A stretch of 64,000 nt of DNA from an uncultured Bacilli bacterium (GCA_947588815.1 CANQAG010000006.1:24830-88829); one strand, 5' to 3'; shown: positions 22,076 to 31,550, numbered from the stretch's first letter. Numbers and translations are program-made. The notes: a model not told the origin generated them from the sequence alone.

Positions 22076-22739
22076 CAGTCCAATGGTATGAGGCAATATC
22101 AATCGCTTTTTCAATATCATTTCTATGACGCTCGTCGATAGTGGAATATCCTTCTTTTTCGCGATCGTTATGTATTAAACGTTTTAATAAAATTTTATCG
22201 ACTAACCGAACGGTAACTTTTTTATTCTTCATAGCGCACTCTTCAAGCGCGGAAAGAATGGATTTATCGTCTATTCCAGATTGAATCCATTCCATAATTT
22301 TGTCGATATCGAGACGCGTTAAACTCGAGCCGATTGCAGTTTCAAAAGCCGTGAAGATATTTTCTTTTTGCTCTTCGCTCAAATATTGTTCGCTTTTTCG
22401 TCGATCTTCAATAGAAGCAGTATAAAAAGCTTCGATCTTTTTAAAAGTAGGTTCCAAAGAAGTTACCATTTGATCGTTTTTAGTCACATATTCAATAAAA
22501 CATTTATCTTTATTATTTGGATCGCTTAATTTAACAATTAACTGATCGATTTCTTTTTCTCCAAGCGACATTTTTAAAGCCAATGTATCCGCAGTTACCA
22601 AGATCGCACCATGTTTAAGAATATTGTCAATCGACAATATAATCATCACTTCATTTTCGTTTAAACCCAAATATTTGTATTTATCAATTAAGATATAACG
22701 ATAATCTAACTCCTGTATAGTTGCCATCATATTTATCAC
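22062..22739 (-). CDS. dnaD: DnaD-like replication protein
   Basis: YKYLGLNENE, IFTAFE..IG..L, VDKIL; conserved dnaD-nth order. Confidence 0.75.
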   Translation of the reverse strand: MINMMATIQELDYRYILIDKYKYLGLNENEVMIILSIDNILKHGAILVTADTLALKMSLGEKEIDQLIVKLSDPNNKDKCFIEYVTKNDQMVTSLEPTFKKIEAFYTASIEDRRKSEQYLSEEQKENIFTAFETAIGSSLTRLDIDKIMEWIQSGIDDKSILSALEECAMKNKKVTVRLVDKILLKRLIHNDREKEGYSTIDERHRNDIEKAIDIASYHWTDDEK

Positions 22740-22779
22740 CTTATCAAAATTATAAAAAAAAAGTGAGCAAACTTAAATC

Positions 22780-24426
22780 TTATTTACACACTTTTTTAAA
22801 TACTCGTAAAAAATTTTTATAGAAAATTTTTTCAATTTCAGCTTCATTGAAATTTTCCGTTTTCAATCGTTCATATAAAAGGTTCATTTTTGAAGCATCG
22901 CTTAATTTTTCCGGAGTGTCGATTCCATCAAAATCACTCCCTAGAGCAATCGCATTGATGCCGGCGATAGTTTTAATATGATTTATGTGATCTACTATTA
23001 ATGATAAATAATCATCCGATGGTTTATTTTTTACAAACTTCTCACAAAAGTTAATTCCGATTACCCCACCTTTTAAAGCGATCTTTTTAATTAAATCATC
23101 ACTTAGGTTACGTTCGTTAGGAGATACGAAAAAAGCGTTAGAATGAGAAGCGACAATCGGATCTTTTGAAATATTAAGCACATCTTCGACAACTTTATGC
23201 GAGCAATGTGAAATATCGATAATCATTCCTAATTCATTCATTTTTTTCACTACTTCTTGTCCAAATAATGTTAATCCTTGATAAATATCTGAAATGTTGC
23301 TTTCTTGGCTAATATCGTGTGCCGGATATCCGATTTCATTAGGATAATTCCATGTTAAAGTCATACTTCGACATCCGCGTGTATATAACTTTTCTAGTTT
23401 TGATAAATCACCTTCGATAATTTCTCCGCCTTCAAGAGTTATTAAGGCCCCTATCTTTTTCTTTGCCACGATTTTTAAATAATCGTCATAACAAGTGACT
23501 TTTTCAATCACACTATCATTTTCAAGTAATTCGTTTTCAAAGTTATCAAGATAAACTTGAGCTTTATTGTAAAGATCTCCTTCGGTTTTTTTAATGAATA
23601 AAGCGAAGCATTGTAAGGTGTAATGACTCTGCATCATTTTATTTAAATCGAGGTGAAGGTTATTTTTTATTAATTTCTGTTTTTTGTCTTTAAGTGATGT
23701 CAATGTATCGCAATGCATGTCCACAAGAGCAATTGGATTAAGAATTTGACATAAAGGAATTATTTCATCAAGTTTTAATCTTTGCCATTCATCAATAAAA
23801 AGTTGAAAATATTTATTGTCTACTTTTTTAGTTTCTTCAAGAATCTTTGTAAAGGATATTTGTTTTAAAAAAGTCCTTTGTTTTGAAATCGCCTGCTCAA
23901 GAGACAAATCATAGGTCAAATCTTGAGTTGTTTTAAATCTAACTGCCCTTACGATACGTAATGGATCTTCTTGCAAACGAACGTCCGGATTACCTATCAT
24001 TTTCAGATTTTTGTTTTTTAAATCAGTTTTTCCATCATAAAAATCATGTACATTCATCTCGTGATCTAAATAAAGTGCATTAATTGTAAAATCTCTTCTT
24101 TTAGCGTCTTCTTTTAAATCTTTAACAAAGCGAACATATTCCGGATGACGAAAATCCTTATAATCACCTTCAACTCGCAAAGTAGTAATATCAACTTTTC
24201 GTTTATGCCAAATTAACGAAGTACTCCCAAGTTTACGGTACTTAATAACGCAGTTTGGAAACATTGCTTCAATTTTTTCTGGCAAAGCATCAGTCACTAG
24301 GTCAAAATCGTCAATTGGACGATCACTTAAAAAATCTCGCACGGCACCACCAACAAGGTAAAGGTTTACTCCGTGAAGTTTAAAAATTTCACTTAATTCC
24401 TTAAAAATATCCAATTCACTCATCAA
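22780..24426 (-). CDS. CCA-adding/poly(A) polymerase-type nucleotidyltransferase head fused to M19 membrane dipeptidase
   Basis: N-term YLVGGAVRD, DFD, EDAKRRDFTINA, EDPLRIVRAVRF; C-term DMHCDT, TLEGG, LTWN, IDISH, ASHSN, RNLSD, GSDFDG. Confidence 0.85.
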   Translation of the reverse strand: MMSELDIFKELSEIFKLHGVNLYLVGGAVRDFLSDRPIDDFDLVTDALPEKIEAMFPNCVIKYRKLGSTSLIWHKRKVDITTLRVEGDYKDFRHPEYVRFVKDLKEDAKRRDFTINALYLDHEMNVHDFYDGKTDLKNKNLKMIGNPDVRLQEDPLRIVRAVRFKTTQDLTYDLSLEQAISKQRTFLKQISFTKILEETKKVDNKYFQLFIDEWQRLKLDEIIPLCQILNPIALVDMHCDTLTSLKDKKQKLIKNNLHLDLNKMMQSHYTLQCFALFIKKTEGDLYNKAQVYLDNFENELLENDSVIEKVTCYDDYLKIVAKKKIGALITLEGGEIIEGDLSKLEKLYTRGCRSMTLTWNYPNEIGYPAHDISQESNISDIYQGLTLFGQEVVKKMNELGMIIDISHCSHKVVEDVLNISKDPIVASHSNAFFVSPNERNLSDDLIKKIALKGGVIGINFCEKFVKNKPSDDYLSLIVDHINHIKTIAGINAIALGSDFDGIDTPEKLSDASKMNLLYERLKTENFNEAEIEKIFYKNFLRVFKKVCK

Positions 24427-25066
24427 GCGTCGTCCTCAATCCTTCAAATAATCCGATATTTTGCAAAGCTTTTTTAACTCCTTCAACATATGCATGTTTG
24501 TCTTTAATTTCATGAATCATCGTCAATGAATCATTCTCATTATCAAATATTATATCATGGCGATAGACAAAATCGTCACCTCGAGAGGAAATTATCTTTA
24601 TCTTTTCATTTCCTAAGAGATTTTTCAACAAAATGGCTGTCCCTGAAGGGATATCTTTTTTTGATTTATGATGACGTTCCTTAATAGTAATATTAGCACC
24701 AGGTTTTAAGATTTCTAGACATTTAACCAATCGCCAAAAGGAAAGCGAAAAATTGTAAACTAAGTAGGCAGAAAGATGATTGTCTTTGGCCGTTCGATCT
24801 ATTAAAGATATTTCAAAAGGAAGTAGTCCGGTCGTTCCAGAGATAAAATGAATCCCGTTTGTTAAACATAATAAAGCACTACGTAAGCATTCGTGTCTTT
24901 CAGTAAAGTCAATTACAACGTCGTGTGGTCTTTCAATCAATTTTTCAATTGTCAAAGGATTTTCTTTGTCATAACCATAAACCAAAAAAGATTCTTTTAA
25001 ATCCTCATAGATTAGACTTCCCATTTTTCCTTTAAAACCATTGATACCAATAATCATCATTATCAC
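24416..25066 (-). CDS. dapB: 4-hydroxy-tetrahydrodipicolinate reductase
   Basis: GFKGKMG, VVIDFT, SGTTG, ERHHKSKKDIPSGTA. Confidence 0.85.
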   Translation of the reverse strand: MIMMIIGINGFKGKMGSLIYEDLKESFLVYGYDKENPLTIEKLIERPHDVVIDFTERHECLRSALLCLTNGIHFISGTTGLLPFEISLIDRTAKDNHLSAYLVYNFSLSFWRLVKCLEILKPGANITIKERHHKSKKDIPSGTAILLKNLLGNEKIKIISSRGDDFVYRHDIIFDNENDSLTMIHEIKDKHAYVEGVKKALQNIGLFEGLRTTLDE

Positions 25067-25073
25067 CTAATCA

Positions 25074-25102
25074 ACTATATGATTAAAGAAAATTGATATT
25101 AC
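25074..25102 (-). promoter_or_regulatory. sigmaE-like promoter upstream of dapB
   Basis: GTAATAT-14nt-CATATAGT then SD AGGTGA. Confidence 0.45.
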
Positions 25103-25113
25103 CAAAAATTATA

Positions 25114-25142
25114 TTGACACCAATCACCATTTGCATTATTAT
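25114..25142 (+). promoter_or_regulatory. sigmaA promoter of tRNA-Val
   Basis: TTGACA-17nt-TATTAT, 11 nt before the tRNA. Confidence 0.8.
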
Positions 25143-25153
25143 ATTTTCGTTCT

Positions 25154-25229
25154 GGGTGTTTAGCTCAGCTGGGAGAGCATCTGTTTGACGTACAGAAGGT
25201 CGGCGGTTCGATCCCGTCAGCACCCACCA
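25154..25229 (+). tRNA. tRNA-Val(GAC)
   Basis: 76-nt cloverleaf: acceptor GGGTGTT/AGCACCC, anticodon arm TCTGT-TTGACGT-ACAGA, GTTCGATC T-loop, encoded CCA. Confidence 0.96.
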
Positions 25230-25231
25230 TT

Positions 25232-25261
25232 AAAAAAGTGCCTTATTCAAAGGCTTTTTTT
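25232..25261 (+). terminator. Terminator after tRNA-Val
   Basis: GCCTT-attca-AAGGC followed by a T run. Confidence 0.6.
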
Positions 25262-25277
25262 ATTTAAGAAGGCAAAT

Positions 25278-25309
25278 AAAAAGAACTTCTTTAAGAGAAG
25301 TTCTTTTTT
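25278..25309. terminator. Bidirectional terminator after hup
   Basis: AAAAAGAACTTCT-ttaag-AGAAGTTCTTTTT. Confidence 0.8.
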
Positions 25310-25311
25310 AA

Positions 25312-25587
25312 TTAGCCATTAACTTTATCTTTAGCTGGTTTGGCTGCCTTAAAGACAACAGCTTTCATCGCAGGAATCTCAATTTTTTCCTTGGTAGTTG
25401 GGTTAATTCCGACTCTTGCCGCGCGTTCTTTAACGACAAAGGAACCGAATCCGGCAATTTTCACTTCTTCCCCATTAACGAGAGCCTCAAGAATTTTTTC
25501 GAAAACAACTTCGGTTGCATATTGAGCATCTTTCTTTGTTAAACGAGCTTCAGCTGCAACCTTTTCAACTAAATCAGCTTTATTCAT
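25312..25587 (-). CDS. hup: DNA-binding protein HU
   Basis: MNKADL, GFGSF, RAARVGINPTT; SD AGGAGG before ATG 25587. Confidence 0.95.
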   Translation of the reverse strand: MNKADLVEKVAAEARLTKKDAQYATEVVFEKILEALVNGEEVKIAGFGSFVVKERAARVGINPTTKEKIEIPAMKAVVFKAAKPAKDKVNG

Positions 25588-25698
25588 TTCTAACCTCCTA
25601 ATGAATTGTACAAATAATACCATAAATTAGGACTTTTTGCAACCTTTTATTTGAAATATATAGAAATTAAGATACCGCTTACATTTTATAACTTATCG

Positions 25699-27177
25699 TC
25701 AGAATACAAATGCGATTAAATTTCCTTTACCCTTATTTGAAATAGTTTTGATCAGTTGTTGTAATTTTACTTTAACCGGTTCCGGTAAACTATTAAGTTT
25801 TGAAGAAATACTTTCGTTTAAAATATCTTTGAATTGGCGACCGAAAATTTCGCAATCCAAAATTGCCGTTTCATTTTTTTCATACGCTTCCAATAAATAA
25901 TTTAGGAAGTATTCTGCTTGATCTTTAGCTCCTAAAACCGGTTCAAAAGAAGTTGATACATCAACTTTAATAATGTGATATGAAGGTGAAGTCGCTTTGA
26001 CCTTGATTCCATATCTTCCATTAACCTTAATCATCTCCGGTTTTTCAATTACCATCTTATCTAAAGGCGAGGAAGCAAACCCATAGCCTGTACCTTCCGC
26101 CATTTTCAATGCCGAACCTATAAGATCATAATCCTTTTTAGCTTTAACATACTCGCTTAAAACCGCGATTAATTGAGCTTTGTCAGTTATTTCACATCCG
26201 ACAAGTTCTTTTAAGACTTGATCATACAAGCCTTCATCAACATCTAATTGAACAGTGACAATACCGGTTCCGGTATCGACATTTTGTAAATTGACTTCAG
26301 TTAAGTATTCGTTTTCTTTTAAAACACCATTGATTTTTTCAACGTCTTTGACAATTTTAGCTTCTCGCATTGCCATATCAATCGATTGTTTGATCGACAC
26401 TTTAATATAATGTTCGTCATCTAAAGAACTAACCCAAGTCGGTAAGGCCATTTCAATGCCGCTGATCGGATATTGATATAAAGCCGCTTTTAAAATTTCA
26501 GTCGCATCTTTTTGACCCATTGACATTACATCCAAAGCGATAACCGGAGCTCCGTAATTTGTTTCCAATTCTTTTGCCAAGGCTAAAGTTTCTTCTTTTC
26601 CTGGAGTTTTGGTGTTCATGACAATCACGAAAGGCTTGTCGATTTCTTTCATTTCTTCAATAACCTTGCGTTCTGCTCCAAGATAATCTGTTCTAGAAAA
26701 ATCATTGATGCTTCCATCGCTAATTACAACAATACCGATTGTCGAATGGTCTTTAATTACTTTTTGAGTTCCAATACGCGCCGCATCATCAAAAGGAATG
26801 GTTTCTGTAAACCATGGGGTTTTAACCATTCTCATTTTACCATCTTCTAAATACCCATTGGCACTATCGATAATAAAACCAACACAATCGATAAGTCTAA
26901 TCTTTACTGAAAGACTTTCATCAATTGCAATAGAAACCGCATTTGATGGAACAAATTTTGGTTCCATTGTCATAATTGTGCGTCCTTCCCCAGACTGCGG
27001 AAGTTCATCAAGAGCACGCTTTTTTTCGCTTTCATCAGTGATATTTTCAATGACTACTGTCTCCATAAAGCGTTTAATAAAAGTTGATTTACCTACTCTA
27101 ACCGGACCGACAACTCCTAAATACACATCTCCATTATTTCGTAATCCGATATCTCTTAACACTTGTAATGTGTCCAT
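25699..27177 (-). CDS. spoIVA: Stage IV sporulation protein A
   Basis: GVVGPVRVGKSTFIKRFM, DELPQSG, TMEPKFVP, RLIDCVG, HSTIG; 492 aa. Confidence 0.96.
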   Translation of the reverse strand: MDTLQVLRDIGLRNNGDVYLGVVGPVRVGKSTFIKRFMETVVIENITDESEKKRALDELPQSGEGRTIMTMEPKFVPSNAVSIAIDESLSVKIRLIDCVGFIIDSANGYLEDGKMRMVKTPWFTETIPFDDAARIGTQKVIKDHSTIGIVVISDGSINDFSRTDYLGAERKVIEEMKEIDKPFVIVMNTKTPGKEETLALAKELETNYGAPVIALDVMSMGQKDATEILKAALYQYPISGIEMALPTWVSSLDDEHYIKVSIKQSIDMAMREAKIVKDVEKINGVLKENEYLTEVNLQNVDTGTGIVTVQLDVDEGLYDQVLKELVGCEITDKAQLIAVLSEYVKAKKDYDLIGSALKMAEGTGYGFASSPLDKMVIEKPEMIKVNGRYGIKVKATSPSYHIIKVDVSTSFEPVLGAKDQAEYFLNYLLEAYEKNETAILDCEIFGRQFKDILNESISSKLNSLPEPVKVKLQQLIKTISNKGKGNLIAFVF

Positions 27178-27207
27178 AATATTACCTCCTTGAGGTTCCT
27201 CAAGATG

Positions 27208-27237
27208 AATTTATGATAGAGATTTATAGATTAGAAC
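27208..27237 (-). promoter_or_regulatory. sigmaE-like promoter of spoIVA
   Basis: gTTCTAAT-14nt-CATAAATT; spoIVA is sigmaE-controlled in B. subtilis. Confidence 0.6.
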
Positions 27238-27344
27238 AAACAATCAATAAAAAAGATGCACTTGTATGATTTCATTTTATTTTAAGAATAATTATTCTTT
27301 ACATACTTACGCATCTTTATTTTTAATATTAAAAATTTTTAATA

Positions 27345-28163
27345 TCAGTTATTTTTCTTAAGTGACAAGATAAGATCCGTGACAGATAAACTTAATCCCA
27401 ATGCCAAAATGATGAAAAGGCCAACCCATTCATACCACTCTTTTGGCCATTTAGAAGAAACGGCAACACCGATAATTAAAAGAGCGTTCAAAGCTACTAG
27501 CGATAGACCAACAATTAGCATATTATGAGATTTTGATGCCACAAGTGTTCTTTCTTCTATTTCATTAAACATAAAATGGGTTCGTTTATAGACTAAGAAA
27601 GTAATAAGGTTACAAACGATTGATAATAAAGCATTAAATGGTAGTACCCCGACCAACAAGTAAAGTATCAAATAATTTGATTCATTGATTCCAGGGATCA
27701 TCGCACACATTGCAATTAAACCTTGAACATTACCTTTAAAGAAAAATTCTAAATAGAACGGGATTAAAATCAGCCAATTAGTAATGATGGCCACTAATAC
27801 CCATGCTAGTGAGGAAAACGCCAATCCGACAATTGCTCCTTTTTTAGAATGAAATTTTTTGTAAATCAAAGAAGAAGTCAATACGACCGCGATGCCTATT
27901 AAAAGATCCGCTAATTCTCCTACGTAACTTGTAGAAGTTCCAATCGTAAGAATTTTAAGCAAAGCTCTTACAGCAACCACAGTAACACCACCGGTTGGTC
28001 CTAAAAGGAATCCTGCGATAATGGCAGGTAAATTAGAAATTTGGATATCTAAAAACGAAGGGAAAAGCATTGGAAGCGGGAACTTTACAAACATGTAAAG
28101 AATAGCGCTGATTGCAGATAAAACCGCCGTTTTTACTATCCAGGCTACTTTTTTGTTTCTCAT
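27345..28163 (-). CDS. ribU: Riboflavin ECF transporter S component (RibU/FmnP-like) with C-terminal extension
   Basis: FPLP..FPSFLDIQISNLP, YVGELAD, LPFN motifs; FMN riboswitch upstream; start ATG 28163 behind AGAAAGGAG. Confidence 0.85.
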   Translation of the reverse strand: MRNKKVAWIVKTAVLSAISAILYMFVKFPLPMLFPSFLDIQISNLPAIIAGFLLGPTGGVTVVAVRALLKILTIGTSTSYVGELADLLIGIAVVLTSSLIYKKFHSKKGAIVGLAFSSLAWVLVAIITNWLILIPFYLEFFFKGNVQGLIAMCAMIPGINESNYLILYLLVGVLPFNALLSIVCNLITFLVYKRTHFMFNEIEERTLVASKSHNMLIVGLSLVALNALLIIGVAVSSKWPKEWYEWVGLFIILALGLSLSVTDLILSLKKNN

Positions 28164-28191
28164 ACGAAACTCCTTTCTATGTGGGCTTAAA

Positions 28192-28221
28192 AATAAAAAA
28201 GCCCTCAATATACTTAGAGGG
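28192..28221 (-). terminator. Riboswitch expression-platform terminator
   Basis: CCCTC-taagtatatt-GAGGG followed by CTTTTTTATTTTT between aptamer and start codon. Confidence 0.7.
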
Positions 28222-28244
28222 TAAAGATAGTTGATTTAACTATA

Positions 28245-28350
28245 ACTTCTTTCATCCAGACTTTACTGTCGCCACTAGAATTTCACTAGTTCATGCATTA
28301 CTGCTCGCGGGGTTTACCGCCGGTAAGGAATTTCACCTAACCCTGAAGTA
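28245..28350 (-). ncRNA. FMN riboswitch (RFN element)
   Basis: CTTCAGGGTTAGGTGAAATTCCTTACCGGCGGT...CCGCGA...GTGAAATTC...CGACAGTAAAGTCTGGATGAAAGAAG. Confidence 0.95.
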
Positions 28351-28434
28351 CAGCCATATTATATGACTGCCTATTTTTAAATGCAACTATTATGATTGAC
28401 AATTTTTCTTTGTTTGTTGCACTTACTTTTATAA

Positions 28435-29202
28435 TTAACCAAAATTTTTTTCTTTATATGTTGGAATTACATTTTTCTTCTTATTGATTAAGCACAAATT
28501 TTTTAACATCTCAATTTCAGAATTAGTTAATTTGCGATATGCTCCTCTTTTAAGATCGTTAAGCTTGATGAATCCGATCGAAGTGCGGGTCAAAGACTTT
28601 ACAGCCAACCCAAAATATTCAAACATTCTCCGCACCTGACGATTTCTTCCTTCATGAATGCTGATTTCTACTTTAGATTCTAAACCACTTCTTATGATTT
28701 TCACTTTGCATGGAGCGGTCATTCCATCGCTTAAAAGAATTCCCTTTTCCATTTTTAAAGCCATCTCTTGATTAAAACATTCATTAACTATCGCTACATA
28801 AGTTTTTTCTAAATGTGAAGAGGGATGCATAATCAAGTTTGCCAGTTCACCATCATTTGTTATTAAAATAGCACCAGAAGTATTGTAATCAAGACGGCCA
28901 ACCGGAAATAATCGATAAGGATACTCTTTAAAAAAATCCGTAACTACTTTACGACCCCGATCATCTTTTACACTTGATAAAACACCAAGCGGTTTATTGA
29001 ACAAAAACACAACTTGTTCTTCATTAGTTAAGATTGTTCCATCAACTTCAACACAATCTAAAGGCGAAACTAAAGTACCAAGTTTATTGCAAATGACATT
29101 ATTTACTTTCACTTTATTAGCGGTAATCAATAGTTCCGCTTTTCGCCTTGAGCAAATACCACTTGCCGCAATTCTTTTTTGCAATCTAATTTTATCTTCC
29201 AT
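28435..29202 (-). CDS. rluB: 23S rRNA pseudouridine synthase (RsuA/RluB family)
   Basis: S4 domain RLQKRIA.SG.CSRRKAE, VGRLDYNTSG, HEGRNRQVRRM; follows spmB as in Bacillus; start set at ATG 29202. Confidence 0.9.
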   Translation of the reverse strand: MEDKIRLQKRIAASGICSRRKAELLITANKVKVNNVICNKLGTLVSPLDCVEVDGTILTNEEQVVFLFNKPLGVLSSVKDDRGRKVVTDFFKEYPYRLFPVGRLDYNTSGAILITNDGELANLIMHPSSHLEKTYVAIVNECFNQEMALKMEKGILLSDGMTAPCKVKIIRSGLESKVEISIHEGRNRQVRRMFEYFGLAVKSLTRTSIGFIKLNDLKRGAYRKLTNSEIEMLKNLCLINKKKNVIPTYKEKNFG

Positions 29203-29309
29203 GCAAATCAGTTTATCAAAAAAAGAAATTAAAATAAATAGATTATTTGAAATGATTAGCGTAGAGATAAAAGCATGCAAAACTATTTTTCAAATTTTAT
29301 AAAAAATAA

Positions 29310-29828
29310 TTATTTTAAAAATAATAAAGACAAAATAACACCCACAGTGATTCCAACCACATCTGCCATAAGTCCAACTTTCAAAGCATGTTTCCATTTA
29401 GTAATTCCAACGCTTGTAAAATACAATGATAGAACGTAAATCGTCGTGTCTGTACTCCCTTGAATCGTCGAAGCCATTTTACAAGTAAAAGAATCGGCGC
29501 CGGCAGCGCATATATTATCTAAAACGGCGATTGAAGCTGATCCGGATATTGGTCTAAATAATACCATGGGAGTAATATCCGCAAACATATTTATCGCGGG
29601 AAACAGAGTTTTTAAACTGGTTTTTATATCTGTAATCAATCCCGAAGCTTCTAACATCGTTACCGCAAGCAACATGGCCATTACTGATGGAAAAACTTCC
29701 ACAAATAAACCCAACCCTTCTTTGGTACCATTCAAAAATGAAGCATAAGCATTTTTCTTTTTAATTGCTGCATATACAATAGTTAAAATCACTAGCAGCG
29801 GAATAAATACTAAAGATACTTTATTCAT
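29310..29828 (-). CDS. spmB: Spore maturation protein B
   Basis: F..G.KEGL, RPISGS, ASTIQGSTDTTIYVL..YF..VGI. Confidence 0.93.
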   Translation of the reverse strand: MNKVSLVFIPLLVILTIVYAAIKKKNAYASFLNGTKEGLGLFVEVFPSVMAMLLAVTMLEASGLITDIKTSLKTLFPAINMFADITPMVLFRPISGSASIAVLDNICAAGADSFTCKMASTIQGSTDTTIYVLSLYFTSVGITKWKHALKVGLMADVVGITVGVILSLLFLK

Positions 29829-29853
29829 ATACGATCATTTCTTTCATCTTTAA

Positions 29854-29882
29854 ATAATATGAGCGATATGACAAACATATTA
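29854..29882 (-). promoter_or_regulatory. sigmaE-like promoter upstream of spmB
   Basis: TAATATG-14nt-CATATTAT. Confidence 0.45.
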
Positions 29883-29953
29883 TAAAGTTTTAATAATTTT
29901 CAAATCTTAGTTTTCTCGATGTCAAATTTATTTTAAGCATTGAAATATAATTT

Positions 29954-30541
29954 TTATCTTTTGTTTTTCAATGCTTTTTTACGATAATACCGATCCAATA
30001 AAAGACCAGATACGCATGATAAAAGTGTACCGATAATACCATATATAATAAAATCTGTCGGATTTACCGCACCATAACTATGTCTTATCGCCATCACTGT
30101 AGTAGGAATCAACGTCACTCCGGCAGTGTTTAAAATCAAAAATGTGACCATTTCATCGGAAGCTGTTTTTTCATCTTCCGGTGAAATCATTTTTAATCTT
30201 TTCATCGCTTTTAAACCACTCGGAGTAGCCGCAAAACCAAGACCAAACATATTTGCGGCAATATTAGAAGAAATATATTTTCTTGCTTCCTCATCTTTTA
30301 AATTTGGCATGATAAGATTTAATAGCGGATTCAAAGCTTTAGCAACTTTATCGATAAGGCCGCTATCATACATGATCATCATAATTCCATTCCAAAAACA
30401 AGCAGAAAAAACCAATGTACATACAAGATTCAAGCCCTTTTCCGGCAATGCCAAAATCGAGTTTGCCAAAGCGTCAAACCTACCTGTAACTAATCCATAA
30501 ATAATTGAAATAACAATAATTCCAATCCAAATCTTATTCAT
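29954..30541 (-). CDS. spmA: Spore maturation protein A
   Basis: MNKIW, NIAANMFGLG.AATP.GLKAM, FLILNTAGVTLIPTT. Confidence 0.94.
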   Translation of the reverse strand: MNKIWIGIIVISIIYGLVTGRFDALANSILALPEKGLNLVCTLVFSACFWNGIMMIMYDSGLIDKVAKALNPLLNLIMPNLKDEEARKYISSNIAANMFGLGFAATPSGLKAMKRLKMISPEDEKTASDEMVTFLILNTAGVTLIPTTVMAIRHSYGAVNPTDFIIYGIIGTLLSCVSGLLLDRYYRKKALKNKR

Positions 30542-30552
30542 TTGATATCACC

Positions 30553-30614
30553 TATATAAATAAATGAATAAAACGATAATGTAAGAACTATCTAGTTATT
30601 AACTTTTTCTTTTT
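30553..30614 (+). repeat. 62-bp direct repeat, left copy (island boundary)
   Basis: TATATAAATAAATGAATAAAACGATAATGTAAGAACTATCTAGTTATTAACTTTTTCTTTTT, identical to 45849-45910; imperfect similarity extends left to ~30529. Confidence 0.95.
30559..30588 (-). promoter_or_regulatory. sigmaE-like promoter of spmA (inside the repeat; second copy at 45855-45884)
   Basis: gTTCTTAC-14nt-CATTTATT then SD AGGTGA. Confidence 0.5.
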
Positions 30615-30877
30615 AAATGGTCAAAAACAAAAAAGTTAACGTTTTTAGAATATAAACCAACTTGTAATTAATCGTAAAGTGTCTAGGGTTAATCCATTAG
30701 AAATGTAAGAATATTGCCCAATTATTCTGCCAACTTTAGCACTTGGCTAACATAAGTTTGACTACTACTAACAACTTCAACACCTCTTAATCCTTTTTTA
30801 GTAACACTAGTTACATCAAGTCTAAATCCTTCTAGTATTTTACTTCTTAGTAACTATTTTATTTAATTTTGAGGAAA

Positions 30878-31532
30878 CTATTTATCCCAAATGTTTACAT
30901 CGGTTAGATAGTCTTGTAATCCAATCACTACATTGTATTCATTATCTTTGAATCGCACTTCAAACCATCTATGCGGCGGTGTTTCCTCCCACATCTTTTC
31001 CTCTACAAAAACATATTTTTCATCTTTGACATTTAAATGCTCACCATTTATATATTTTTCTTTTGCTTCATCATAAAGTGTATTAATTTTTTCACCTGTA
31101 CCTAGCAAATTATTACAGCAAAAATCAGTTACATCAATAATGATATTCATATAATTCTGTGGAATATTGAATGCCTCTTCTTCAGTCGCTAATTTATAAA
31201 TTAAGCCAAAAAGAATGTGACTATCAGCAGTAGATCTACAATTAAAACTATAATCATAGAATAATGTTAACTCATAGAAAAGTGACTCAGTAACATAGTA
31301 TTTTGCCATATAAAATTTAGTATATGGGTCATTTACTTTCTCTGTATATTCTTTTTTACATAACATCATTCTTTTGCAACGTGTTTTCAATCTCGTCAAA
31401 ATATTTAGGAAAATACTCATCAGCAAGTTCTAAAGTGTTTATATGCAAATCCTGCTGTACCCACTTATTAGTACAAGAAGTTAATAAAAGTACTGATGAA
31501 AGTAATGATAACATCCATGTTCTTTTTTTCAA
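30878..31532 (-). pseudogene. Frameshifted lipoprotein (candidate immunity protein)
   Basis: TTG 31532 gives MKKRTWMLSLLSSVLLLTSC (lipobox)...KNDVM-stop at 31356; protein-like sequence continues in another frame (KKEYTEKVNDPY...) to 30878. Confidence 0.65.
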
Positions 31533-31539
31533 ATTAGTT

Positions 31540-31550
31540 CCCCCCCCCCC
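31540..31550 (-). repeat. G11 homopolymer at the RBS position
   Basis: 11 consecutive C on plus strand, 7 nt upstream of the TTG start at 31532. Confidence 0.9.

Noticed and set aside
25154-25229. tRNA-Val as the island integration site
   Set aside because: No duplicated tRNA 3' end was seen and the flanks are core genes; the island boundaries are at spmA.
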